From NCBI GenBank assembly GCA_028532855.1, contig JAQQAL010000002.1, positions 5,901 through 69,900 of the forward strand: a DNA stretch of 64,000 nt, given 5' to 3'. Origin of the DNA: Candidatus Thalassospirochaeta sargassi (GTDB lineage: Bacteria > Spirochaetota > Spirochaetia > UBA9216). A model generated the notes under the pieces. It saw nothing but the letters and a program-made list of their open reading frames with translations. It had not been told where the DNA came from and made no database searches. Of the stretch, positions 48,420 to 57,459 are shown piece by piece. Every line of letters begins with the position of its first letter. Position 1 is the stretch's first letter. Made by a program: the position numbers and the translations under genes.

Positions 48420-49643
48420 ATGAAAAAGGTAATAGTAGTTGGTGTAGGTGCTCAAGGAAGCACTATTGCCAAAAGACTTGATGAAGAAACCAATGTTTCT
48501 GAAGTGATTTGTGCTGACTATGATGAAAAGGCTGCTGACAATGTGGCCGGTCAGTTAAAGAAGGCTAAGGCTGTACAGCTGAATGCAAAGAATGTAAATG
48601 AGATTGTTGAGGCTGCTCAGGGCTGTGACCTGATTGTAAATGGACTGGCTCCTGATTTCAATATGAATGTAATGGACGCTGCGCTTGAAGTAGGAGCATG
48701 CTATCAGGATCTTGCATCAGGCCCGGTCAGTGATCTTGATTTTGTCTCTGCTGTGAAAAGATGTCTGGACAGAGCTCCGGAATTTGAGGCGAAGGGGCTT
48801 ACTGCTCTTATTAACACAGGATCCGCCCCCGGTATGGCAAACGTTCTTACAAGACACGGGGTTGAGAAACTCGATTCCTGCGACAGAATCGATATTTTTG
48901 TCTACGATGAGATATGGTCGAAGAAATTTATCCCGTTCTGGTGGTCCCCTGAGACGGCCTTCGGTGATATGGCTGCCCAACCTATCGTTTACAAGGATGG
49001 TGAATTCAAGAGAGTTCAGCCTTTCAACAATCCGCAGATGACGGAGTTTAAAGGTATGTCTGAACCTAAACGAATGACGGATCATGAACATGAAGAACCA
49101 GTGACAATGGGTCTTCTGTCGAACAAGGTTCTGAAGGGAGTGAAGGAAGTAAACTTCCGCTATGGCGGGCCTGGTCTTGAACTTGCTGAATCACTCTACA
49201 GGATGGGATTACTCTCTGAAGAAAAGCTCGAAGTAAAAGGCCAGGAGATTGTCCCGATGGATATCATCTCCAGGCTTACTCCGCCTGCTCCGAAGTATGC
49301 TGATGAAATTAAAGCAGTACTTGAGGAGGGTATGGTCTCTGAAGACGGGGTATTCCTTGTAAGGGTAAGCGGTAAGAAAGACGGTAGAAAAAGCAAGATT
49401 GATCTCTACTGTTACGCACCGGGGCTTACAGAGTCTTTTGAAAAAGCTGGAATTACCCATGAATCATATTTCACCGGTCAGGCAGCATTTCTATTTACGA
49501 AGATGTTTGTAAACGATGTTATTACTACGAGGGGTTGCTTTCCTCCTGAATGTCTTGAGGATGATGAGCGGGGTTATTACCTGAGTGAAGCTGCGAAGCT
49601 TGATATTTTAGTAGATGAGATAGTTGAAACAAGACTGTACTAG
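48420..49643 (+). CDS. Saccharopine dehydrogenase-family NAD(P) oxidoreductase.
   Basis: 'KVIVVGVGAQGSTIAKRL' Rossmann N-terminus with the saccharopine-DH fold length of 407 aa. Confidence 0.7.
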   Translation: MKKVIVVGVGAQGSTIAKRLDEETNVSEVICADYDEKAADNVAGQLKKAKAVQLNAKNVNEIVEAAQGCDLIVNGLAPDFNMNVMDAALEVGACYQDLASGPVSDLDFVSAVKRCLDRAPEFEAKGLTALINTGSAPGMANVLTRHGVEKLDSCDRIDIFVYDEIWSKKFIPFWWSPETAFGDMAAQPIVYKDGEFKRVQPFNNPQMTEFKGMSEPKRMTDHEHEEPVTMGLLSNKVLKGVKEVNFRYGGPGLELAESLYRMGLLSEEKLEVKGQEIVPMDIISRLTPPAPKYADEIKAVLEEGMVSEDGVFLVRVSGKKDGRKSKIDLYCYAPGLTESFEKAGITHESYFTGQAAFLFTKMFVNDVITTRGCFPPECLEDDERGYYLSEAAKLDILVDEIVETRLY

Positions 49644-49671
49644 TCCATATGAATTCCCAATAATTTTTTTG

Positions 49672-49707
49672 GTCGGCGGAGGCATTGCTTTTGCCGGCCT
49701 CTTTTTT
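49672..49707 (+). terminator. Rho-independent terminator after the saccharopine-DH-like gene.
   Basis: GAGGC-loop-GCCTC hairpin followed by TTTTTTGG. Confidence 0.5.
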
Positions 49708-49775
49708 GGGGAAAAACTATTTGGATTTTCAATGATCATGTTTTAGAATGAGTGCACCACTATATGGAGGATTAA

Positions 49776-50309
49776 ATGAAAAAATTTCTTTTGTCGATTA
49801 TAGTTATCAGTCTGATGATTCCCGCAGGTCTGTTTGCCGCTGAAGATATCACGGGGCTCTGGAAAACGGTTGATGATGAAACAGGGAATCCGAAGGGGGT
49901 TGTAGCTGTTTATGAATACAATGGTAAGATTTACGGCCGCGTTATTGCGTCATTTGATGATGATGGCAAGTATATAGATGATGATATGTATCGCCAGCTT
50001 AATACTTCTCCATACCTTGTCGGAGATCCGGCATTTAACGCTCTTACGATTATCTGGGATATGGTAGACCGTGGACGCAAATGGGGGCGTGGTAAGATTA
50101 TGGACCCGGGTAATGCGGAAGAAAAGAAGCCCGGCATTTATGACTGTGAGATGTGGAAAGACGGCGACACACTGGTTGTCAGGGGGAAAATCCTGATGTT
50201 CGGCCGAAACCAGACCTGGTATCCTATGGATAATTCGGAGTTTCCTGATGGGTTTGTTATACCTGATTGGAAGAGTTTTAAACCGGAAATTCCCAAGCTG
50301 AAAAAATAA
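49776..50309 (+). CDS. Secreted DUF2147-family protein.
   Basis: Signal peptide, then 'GLWKTVDDETGNPKGVVAVYEYNGKIYGRVI', the typical DUF2147 motif. Confidence 0.6.
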   Translation: MKKFLLSIIVISLMIPAGLFAAEDITGLWKTVDDETGNPKGVVAVYEYNGKIYGRVIASFDDDGKYIDDDMYRQLNTSPYLVGDPAFNALTIIWDMVDRGRKWGRGKIMDPGNAEEKKPGIYDCEMWKDGDTLVVRGKILMFGRNQTWYPMDNSEFPDGFVIPDWKSFKPEIPKLKK

Positions 50310-50328
50310 ACCTAATTATCTTATTGAC

Positions 50329-50362
50329 GAAGGAGGCTGCACCCAGAGATACAGCCTCCTTC
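50329..50362 (+). terminator. Strong 11-bp-stem hairpin after the DUF2147 gene. Weak T tail.
   Basis: GAAGGAGGCTG-cacccagagata-CAGCCTCCTTC. Confidence 0.45.
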
Positions 50363-50400
50363 TTAGTGATGCCTGCTGGATGGTTGTTTTCCTGCCCGGG

Positions 50401-50607
50401 CTAGGCCGTCATTCTTTCTCCCAGCGCAATCAGCTGTCTGCCGATTCTGTACTTAAGCGTTGCAGCCGCTGCCTGTTTCCGGGCGTAAACCTCGAACGAA
50501 GTCGAGTCCATTCTGGCCTTTTCGGCACACCTGATTGATTCTGCTTCAGCAAGTCGATCCTTGTGAAGCCCTGCAGCAATTTTGTAGTCAAAACCGTCTG
50601 CCAACAT
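50401..50607 (-). CDS. Small hypothetical protein (68 aa from the ATG with a GGAGGAG RBS).
   Basis: 'MLADGFDYKIAAGLHKDRLAEAES...'. A strong RBS lies 8 nt upstream. No recognisable domain. Confidence 0.3.
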   Translation of the reverse strand: MLADGFDYKIAAGLHKDRLAEAESIRCAEKARMDSTSFEVYARKQAAAATLKYRIGRQLIALGERMTA

Positions 50608-50687
50608 TTTTTTCTCCTCCAAATAAAACCGACTAAGCCGGTATCAAACATTCCCTTTGCGCTGCGCACCGGTTAGGGAAAAAAAAA

Positions 50688-50793
50688 GGCCGTAAACTCA
50701 GTGCGGATTGTTAAATCCGCCGTTTACGGCTCCTGAATTTTGCTCCGCCTCTGTGAGCAAAAAAAAGCCGCAGTTCAGGAGAACTGCGGCAAC
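50688..50793 (-). terminator. Two tandem rho-independent terminators on the minus strand.
   Basis: Minus strand reads GCCGCAGTTC-tcct-GAACTGCGGC+T8, then GGCCGTAAAC..GTTTACGGCC+T9. Confidence 0.6.
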
Positions 50794-50961
50794 CAAGCAA
50801 TTTAATATAAAATGATTACGACAGATCTCCTTCGACTGATACTTTTGCAAGATAGCTAAATATTCTAATCATGTATCTGTCTCCTTGTCGTAAAAATTAT
50901 GGTTTATAATAATCCTGTAATCAGGAATTTGTCAACCGTGTTTTATGAAAAAATGAGGTTT

Positions 50962-51819
50962 TCATAATAATATTTCGAGACCGGTGCTGAAAAAATCAAT
51001 ATTGCTGCCCATTTTTTGAGATAGCAGTAGCTTTGCCTTGTCTCCTGTGCAGTGACCGGTGAAAAAAGATGTCGGTCCTGATTTTTTAGAGATTTCAAGC
51101 AGTTTCTCCGCAGTTGAATTAACTGCCTCGGCGTGATGCTCTGAGAAGTCTCTGATATCAGGCATGTGGAAACCGCCGATAACCGCAGTGAGTTTTTTGC
51201 CTGGAAATAATGATACAGCATAGCTTATGATCGATGAAATATTATTGTGCGAGCATCCGGAAATTACCAGTATATCCTTTTCCCGTTCTATCACCATGAA
51301 AATCTCATGATCAAAGGTCTCAGCACTCTTTTCTTTTCCGTTGAGGAGAAAGAGCGAATTATCATCAAAGATGGGGCCTCTTCCGGGAACATTGGTGCAT
51401 GGTATTATATGGATGCCTTCAGCAGGGGTTAGCATTGAATCCAAATAAATGAATCTGTCGTTATCAGCGGTAAATATATCCTCTTTTATGCCCACAAATC
51501 TGGGCTTATCGCTTTTGCTTGTGCTGTAATAAACCTGCAGCGGTGCCTTTTTATGGATATATACAGGTGTTTCGCTGTTTTTATCAAAAAAAGCAGGCAA
51601 TCCACCGCCGTGATCATAATGTCCGTGTGAAATAACGGCTAAATCTAAATTTAAAAGGTCGATATTAAGTCTTTCTGCATTCACCGAAAAGGCTGAACTC
51701 TGGCCTGTGTCGAATAGTATCCTGCTGTCGCCGGTTTCAACTAGAATAGACAGTCCATGTTCGTTCAAAAGCCCGTCTCCGGGCTTGTCGTCCATGAGGA
51801 ATATGAGTTTTGCTTTCAT
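50962..51819 (-). CDS. MBL-fold metallo-hydrolase.
   Basis: 'VISHGHYDHGGG' HxHxDH motif. 285 aa. Confidence 0.8.
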   Translation of the reverse strand: MKAKLIFLMDDKPGDGLLNEHGLSILVETGDSRILFDTGQSSAFSVNAERLNIDLLNLDLAVISHGHYDHGGGLPAFFDKNSETPVYIHKKAPLQVYYSTSKSDKPRFVGIKEDIFTADNDRFIYLDSMLTPAEGIHIIPCTNVPGRGPIFDDNSLFLLNGKEKSAETFDHEIFMVIEREKDILVISGCSHNNISSIISYAVSLFPGKKLTAVIGGFHMPDIRDFSEHHAEAVNSTAEKLLEISKKSGPTSFFTGHCTGDKAKLLLSQKMGSNIDFFSTGLEILL

Positions 51820-51822
51820 GTC

Positions 51823-52035
51823 TTAATCCGGTTTTGGTTTTGCATGTTTTTTCATGTATTCATGTTCTGCCCGAACTTCGTTTATAAGATCCTTAATAAC
51901 CCAGTTTCTGTTTGTCGGAGTCCCCATCGCAAATGCTGTGCTTCCGGGATCTGCTATAACAGCTTTCACTGCGCGCATAATCTCCACTGTTTCATCCTGT
52001 GTGAACCCGTTGATAAATATTACTTTGTCTTCCAT
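51823..52035 (-). CDS. Small hypothetical protein, possibly DUF3783-like.
   Basis: 70 aa, separated from the MBL gene by 3 nt. The family assignment is from memory only. Confidence 0.35.
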   Translation of the reverse strand: MEDKVIFINGFTQDETVEIMRAVKAVIADPGSTAFAMGTPTNRNWVIKDLINEVRAEHEYMKKHAKPKPD

Positions 52036-52151
52036 AAATTTAGTATAGCATGCTCAATGCAAGATAAACAGAAGGTAAAATTATAATATTCTACCTGTTG
52101 ATTGACATTTTAGCTGTATTGATCGATGCTGATTGAAAAGGAGCTGCATCG

Positions 52152-52394
52152 ATGGCAAAGATATTAGAGTTTAAGAAGCCGGAAGAAAATAAGGGGAAAT
52201 CATGCTCATGGTGTCAGCACCGAAATACGCATCCTCTTGATCCTCCCTGCGATAAATGCAAATGGTATGACAGGGACACTGTTTTTGAACTTGAGGTAGA
52301 GGGTGAGGGTATGGCTAAATTCAGGAAAGAGGTAGACCCCGATACCTATGAGATAAGATTTCTCCCTGCTGAAGAATCTGATGTGGATATTTAA
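52152..52394 (+). CDS. Small zinc-ribbon-like protein.
   Basis: 'CSWCQ...(13)...CDKCKW' pair of CxxC motifs. 80 aa. Confidence 0.4.
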   Translation: MAKILEFKKPEENKGKSCSWCQHRNTHPLDPPCDKCKWYDRDTVFELEVEGEGMAKFRKEVDPDTYEIRFLPAEESDVDI

Positions 52395-52418
52395 AACAAA
52401 TATACCTTAACAGCTTAT

Positions 52419-53057
52419 TTAGGGATTATGGATGAAGTTTTTGCTGTTGCCGAGGAGGATTGATTCAAAATCATACTTTTTCCCAAGGCTGTCAAAATCA
52501 ACCCTTATAATTTCTCCGTTATTGGGGAATTGTTCCGGATAATAAGGAAGCATATTTTTTAATGCGGCGGTAATCATTCTCAGGGTTACTGCATGAGTTA
52601 CAATCAGAATTTTTTTATCGTTGTATTTATCTGCAACATCATTCAGGAAAGATATTACTCTCTCGGCAACCATTTTATATGATTCACCCTTGCCGGCGGG
52701 TACCCAATTCCATCTGCTTAGTGAATCAAGTTCGTATTCAGGTGTTGTCTTCACTTCATCATATGTCATTCCTGTAAAGCGGCCCAGGTGCTGCTCTGTA
52801 ATTCTATCGTCTATTTCAATCTTCAGGTTGTATATATTGCTGAAAGATTCCGCGGTCTGCACCGCTCTTTTTAACGGTGAAGATATGATTTTATCGAGCA
52901 GGATTTGTTCATGTAGTTGTGATGCAATTAAATCAGCATCTGCTTTCCCTGTCTCTGTAAGAGGATAGGGTAACTGGCTTGCGAGAATTCTCGCCTTATT
53001 TGCTTCGCTTTCGGCATGTCTGATGAAGTAGAGAGTATTCATTGTGGAACTATACAC
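52419..53057 (-). CDS. Histidine phosphatase (phosphoglycerate-mutase-like) family protein.
   Basis: 'LYFIRHAESEAN' RHG-type catalytic motif. The start is probably the internal ATG giving 'MNTLYFIRH' (53042). Confidence 0.8.
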   Translation of the reverse strand: MYSSTMNTLYFIRHAESEANKARILASQLPYPLTETGKADADLIASQLHEQILLDKIISSPLKRAVQTAESFSNIYNLKIEIDDRITEQHLGRFTGMTYDEVKTTPEYELDSLSRWNWVPAGKGESYKMVAERVISFLNDVADKYNDKKILIVTHAVTLRMITAALKNMLPYYPEQFPNNGEIIRVDFDSLGKKYDFESILLGNSKNFIHNP

Positions 53058-53068
53058 ACTATTGTCTA

Positions 53069-53106
53069 TAAATAAAAGAGCGGCGCCCGGGGTTCGGGGC
53101 CGCTCT
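53069..53106 (-). terminator. Rho-independent terminator after the second AOR (minus strand).
   Basis: Minus strand reads AGAGCGGCCCCGAACCCCGGGCGCCGCTCT followed by TTTATTTAT. Confidence 0.6.
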
Positions 53107-53139
53107 GAAATCCGGCGGTAGCCGAATTAAATCACTGAA

Positions 53140-54939
53140 TTATAAAACTGTTTTGTAGGCTTCGATAAATTTCGGCTCTATGCCGAGTTCCTCAAGTTTT
53201 TCTACCGTCGGGCGGCCGCGCTCGTCCCAACCTCGGTAGGCATAGTATTCGTCCATAGCTTTGTCGAAAGCCTCTTTGGTGTAGGCAATATCTTTGGGCG
53301 GTCCGGCTTTAAGCAGTTCCTTATGGAACCTGCCGGGCAGTTTGTCTTCTGTACGATCAAAGCCGGCCATGATGTTGAACATTCTTTGGAGGTTGAACAC
53401 GCGCTCGCCGGTTTTATATACTCTGTCTGCCGGCCATTCTCCGCCGTAGGTCAGTTCAAACAGTCGGCCCAGTGTTTCGTCATCTATCGGCCAGAAGTCG
53501 CAGACGCCCATCGAGAACTTGCAGAACTGTGAGTTCTGCATGTCGGCTACAAGCTTACCCTTGCCTTCAAAGGTGAACGGATCAAGCTCACCCCATGCTT
53601 CTTCGGCAATGGGGTAGGCGGACATATGGCAGCCTCCGCGGGGGGCGCTTACATAGGCAATTCCCATAGACCATGAACCTCGCGGATCATAGCCCGGCAG
53701 CTCAAGCCCCTTAACCTGGATTGCAAACTCTTCCCCGCCGTATTTTTCAGACAGGGCTTTTGAACCCATTGCAGCCTCTGCACCGATGCCGTCTTTATAA
53801 GCTATTTTCGTAAGCATTTCTATTGCTGCCTCCGCATCACCGAATCTAATGCCGAAGTCATGAATGCCCTTCTGTGTTGCTTCCATCATATAGGCGATTG
53901 TTCCGCCTGCTGATATTGTATCAAGACCCAGATCGTCACAGACTGAGTTGAACTCAATTACCTTTTCACGGTTGCCGACGCCGAGTGATGAACCTCCAAG
54001 CACGATGCTTTCGTATTCAGGGCCTTCAACTGATGCGGCTCCGTCTACTACGTAGTTTCCGCAGGCGATGCCGCAGGAAAAGCAGCCTTTTTTGTTCTTT
54101 CTGACGTCTTTAAAAGACTGCCCGTTTATCTTTTCCGCCTCTTCGAATGTACCTTCCTGGAAGTTGTTTGTCGGAAGGAGCCCCGACTCCTGGCTGTAAT
54201 CAACAAGGCATGAGGTGCCAAGGTCGTAGATTTCATTATCGGTCGCAATTACTTCATCCCGAACCGTTACCTCTTTGGAATATTTCAGCAGACCCTGGAG
54301 ATCATTAACGCTTACGTCAAGCTTTCCCCTGATTGCAATTGCTTTCAGGTTTTTGCTGCCCATAACCGCCGCTATTCCGCCTCTTCCAAGCTGTCTGTAT
54401 TTCTCCGAAGAAATACAGGAGTACGGAACGAGGTTCTCGCCTGCTGGGCCGATGGCCAGAACCTTAAGCTCTTCATCACCGACTTCTTCCTTGAGTCTCG
54501 CGTCTACATCAAAGGTTCCAAGACCCTTGAGAAACGCGGCATCTCTTATTTCAACTTTTTCATCAGTGATGTAAAGGTATGAAAGCCCGCCGGCTCTGCC
54601 GGTGATGTCAACAGCATCATATCCGGTGTATTTCAGCTCGGCCCCGGTATGTCCTCCGACAGAACCGTCGGTGATGGTTCCTGATAGTGGAGATTTTGTC
54701 GTAATAGCTAATTTTGATGAACATGAGACGATAGTTCCACCCATAACAGAGGTTGTAAGAACAACCTTGTTCTCGGGAGAGAACGGATCAGTTTTAGGAT
54801 TAACATCTTCCATCAGTATTCTGGAGCCAAGACCCTTCTGCCCGGTATAAAGCTCCACCCATTCCGTCGGGGTATCATTCCTGCTTATTGAACCGTTGCT
54901 GAGGTTTACCTTCAGTATTTTGCCCATTAAACTGTTCAT
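53140..54939 (-). CDS. Aldehyde:ferredoxin oxidoreductase (classical ~600-aa tungsten AOR type).
   Basis: 'ILKVNLSNG...LGSRIL...LSPENKVV...GPAGENLV...GGIAAVMGSKNLKAIAIRG', collinear with archaeal AOR. Confidence 0.9.
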   Translation of the reverse strand: MNSLMGKILKVNLSNGSISRNDTPTEWVELYTGQKGLGSRILMEDVNPKTDPFSPENKVVLTTSVMGGTIVSCSSKLAITTKSPLSGTITDGSVGGHTGAELKYTGYDAVDITGRAGGLSYLYITDEKVEIRDAAFLKGLGTFDVDARLKEEVGDEELKVLAIGPAGENLVPYSCISSEKYRQLGRGGIAAVMGSKNLKAIAIRGKLDVSVNDLQGLLKYSKEVTVRDEVIATDNEIYDLGTSCLVDYSQESGLLPTNNFQEGTFEEAEKINGQSFKDVRKNKKGCFSCGIACGNYVVDGAASVEGPEYESIVLGGSSLGVGNREKVIEFNSVCDDLGLDTISAGGTIAYMMEATQKGIHDFGIRFGDAEAAIEMLTKIAYKDGIGAEAAMGSKALSEKYGGEEFAIQVKGLELPGYDPRGSWSMGIAYVSAPRGGCHMSAYPIAEEAWGELDPFTFEGKGKLVADMQNSQFCKFSMGVCDFWPIDDETLGRLFELTYGGEWPADRVYKTGERVFNLQRMFNIMAGFDRTEDKLPGRFHKELLKAGPPKDIAYTKEAFDKAMDEYYAYRGWDERGRPTVEKLEELGIEPKFIEAYKTVL

Positions 54940-55376
54940 GCCTTAACCCCCTTTCGTTCTCTCAGCGATATAACGCCTTTGGGGCACCATTCTATACACT
55001 GGGGGTCACCTCCGCAGAGATCGCATATTGTAGATTTATCGTTATTCAAAAAAATTATCCTGGTAGGACAGTTATCAACACATGTCCCGCAGCCTATGCA
55101 TTTATCCTCATCGACAATCATCCAGCGGCCGTTGTTTGTGATTGCACCTACTGGACATACCTTCTCGCATTTTTTGCATAGAATACAGCTTTTTGATGCA
55201 ATTCTGATGCCGTCGTCGTTGTACTCGTGAATCATCTTCAGTCTTGCTTTTTCGGGGTTGAAAACCTGATAGTGACTTGCTGAACAAGCCAGCTGACATA
55301 GCTTGCAGCCTGTACATTTTGATAGATCAAATTTTAATGGCATAATTCCTCCATTGTAATTTTTCCTCCTTTTCAA
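54936..55376 (-). CDS. 4x[4Fe-4S] polyferredoxin, AOR electron-transfer partner.
   Basis: Four CxxCxxCxxxCP-type clusters in 146 aa. Overlaps the AOR start by 4 nt. Confidence 0.85.
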   Translation of the reverse strand: MKRRKNYNGGIMPLKFDLSKCTGCKLCQLACSASHYQVFNPEKARLKMIHEYNDDGIRIASKSCILCKKCEKVCPVGAITNNGRWMIVDEDKCIGCGTCVDNCPTRIIFLNNDKSTICDLCGGDPQCIEWCPKGVISLRERKGVKA

Positions 55377-55593
55377 GACTGGAAGGCAACATCGTTTCCA
55401 ATTTTACCCTGAGGCCGGCATCCATAGTAATTTATGCTCTGATAAAACTTTAGGTCTGTTCGGCTCGGAGATTGTTTCATTATAATTCATCTATAGAGCA
55501 ATGCAATTCAATATTCATTGATTCAGTCATATATCACTGTGAAGTCAGAATGAAACTATAGATTTGTGGTAGATATCATTATAAGGTATAATT

Positions 55594-55797
55594 ATGCTAA
55601 AGGTGAATGGAAAAGATGTTGAATGGAGGGAGGGGCTCTCCTTCAGCGAGCTTTACAGACAGATTGGTTATACAATCAGCAACCCAAGGGTTATTGTTAA
55701 GGTTAATGGAGAGAAGATAGCGAAGGCTGAGCGTAAAGAATATAATATCCCCGATTCTGCCGAGATCGAAGTAATAAATACCCTGTGTGGAGGCTGA
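55594..55797 (+). CDS. MoaD/ThiS-family sulfur-carrier protein (ubiquitin-like, C-terminal GG).
   Basis: 67 aa with 'MLKVNGK...' and the terminal '...NTLCGG'. Confidence 0.6.
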   Translation: MLKVNGKDVEWREGLSFSELYRQIGYTISNPRVIVKVNGEKIAKAERKEYNIPDSAEIEVINTLCGG

Positions 55798-55800
55798 GCA

Positions 55801-57459
55801 TTGAATAAAAAAATTTGGTTGACCGGGGCATTGTGCATTGCCGCAATCTTTATAACTGTTTTCGTCTATAATAATTTTATTATGGACAAGGATGCTGCTG
55901 AAGCCAGAAGGGCTGAAGAACAGGCTGCGGCCGAGGCTCTATTACCCGATGACTACAGTGTTAGATCAGCTGATTTTGAACCGGTTGGAGAAAGTGCTGC
56001 CTCAGTTCAGGATTACAGCAATGAATTGTTTACCGTAGAATTCTCAGCTGCCGGCGGAGTAGTTTCCTCCCTGAAGCTGAATGAATACGAATCAGAAACC
56101 GGGGGACCTGTCGAGCTGGTGTTTTCCGGCGGCAGCGGTATTTATCCTTTTAGCCTGTATGACGGCGGATATGAGTCTCCTGTAATTGATGGACATTTTA
56201 ACGGCATCAGAAGCGGCGATGATGTAATTTTTACCGGCAGGTTTGCGGATGAAAACGGCAGTATCTTCGAGATAAGAAAGGTGTGGAGTTTTAAGCCGCG
56301 AAGCTATTTAATTGGTTTCCGTATTGAGATAGAAGCCTCGGGTGGAGACCTCCCCCTTGGTGATGGTGAGTTTCTCTATTCCCTCGGCTTCGGACCGCAG
56401 CTTGGGCCCGAGTTTGACAAGCTGGATCGCGGATATGTTTATCGTTATTTCTGCCTGTACGATGAAGGTGAAAAACGCAATCTCGGGACTCCTGAAGAGG
56501 AGAAGATCCTCGAGCTTGATAACACCTATCCCTGGCTCGGGATAGAGAGCAGATACTTTACATCTGTTACAATTCCTGAACTGGAGTCTTATACACCGGC
56601 CTGGGATGAACGGAATACTGCTGGAATTTTCAAACGTAATGCATTCTTTATTCAGCGGCCTGATGACGGTATCGGGAGCGTTTCGGATCAATATTATGTC
56701 TACTTCGGCCCGAAAGACGCTGAAATTCTAGGCAGTTTGGACGGGTTTGAGCTTGGAGTCCTGACGGGTGACGGCGGGGTTGTCGCTATATTGTCGAAGA
56801 TAATGAAAACAGTTCTTGGCATGCTTTATAGGTTTATTCCAAACTATGGTCTTGATATAATTCTCTTTGTTCTCATTATCCAGTTAATAATCTTTCCAGT
56901 TTCCAGGCGCACCTATGATAATGCTATCAGGATGCAGCTGCTGGGACCAGAGATTGCCGACATCAAAAAGAGGTTGAAATATAATGATCGGAAGATGAAC
57001 GAAGAGACCATGAATTTGTTCAAAGAAAAGGGCGTTAAACCGCGTTCGAGTATGCTTCCATTTATAATCCACTTGCCGTTTTTTATTCTAACCTATGTTA
57101 TTCTGCTGACTGATATTGATTTCAGGCTGGCAACATTTATTCCAGGCTGGATAAACGACATTGCGAGCCCAGAGTATATTCTCGATATTGCGCCCGCGCA
57201 GATACCTGTTACAGCCTGGGACAAGATAAGGCTTCTGCCCATTATTGCCCTGGCTGTTTCACTCCTTCAGTCGCGTTACATACAGGCTCCGGCGGATTCC
57301 ATCCGCAGTATGAGGATAATGTCCTATCTTGTGCCTGTGGTAATGTTTATCGTAATCTATAATATGCCATCCGGAGCTGTTCTCTTCTGGCTAACCATGA
57401 CAGCGACCAACCTGCTTATTCAGTGGCGTATTAAAGCAAGATATGCAGATAAAAAATAA
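55801..57459 (+). CDS. yidC: Membrane protein insertase YidC.
   Basis: C-terminal 60-kDa-IMP domain 'IILFVLIIQLIIFPVS...MQLLGPEIADIKKRL...KGVKPRSSMLP'. TTG start at 55801. Confidence 0.85.
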   Translation: MNKKIWLTGALCIAAIFITVFVYNNFIMDKDAAEARRAEEQAAAEALLPDDYSVRSADFEPVGESAASVQDYSNELFTVEFSAAGGVVSSLKLNEYESETGGPVELVFSGGSGIYPFSLYDGGYESPVIDGHFNGIRSGDDVIFTGRFADENGSIFEIRKVWSFKPRSYLIGFRIEIEASGGDLPLGDGEFLYSLGFGPQLGPEFDKLDRGYVYRYFCLYDEGEKRNLGTPEEEKILELDNTYPWLGIESRYFTSVTIPELESYTPAWDERNTAGIFKRNAFFIQRPDDGIGSVSDQYYVYFGPKDAEILGSLDGFELGVLTGDGGVVAILSKIMKTVLGMLYRFIPNYGLDIILFVLIIQLIIFPVSRRTYDNAIRMQLLGPEIADIKKRLKYNDRKMNEETMNLFKEKGVKPRSSMLPFIIHLPFFILTYVILLTDIDFRLATFIPGWINDIASPEYILDIAPAQIPVTAWDKIRLLPIIALAVSLLQSRYIQAPADSIRSMRIMSYLVPVVMFIVIYNMPSGAVLFWLTMTATNLLIQWRIKARYADKK

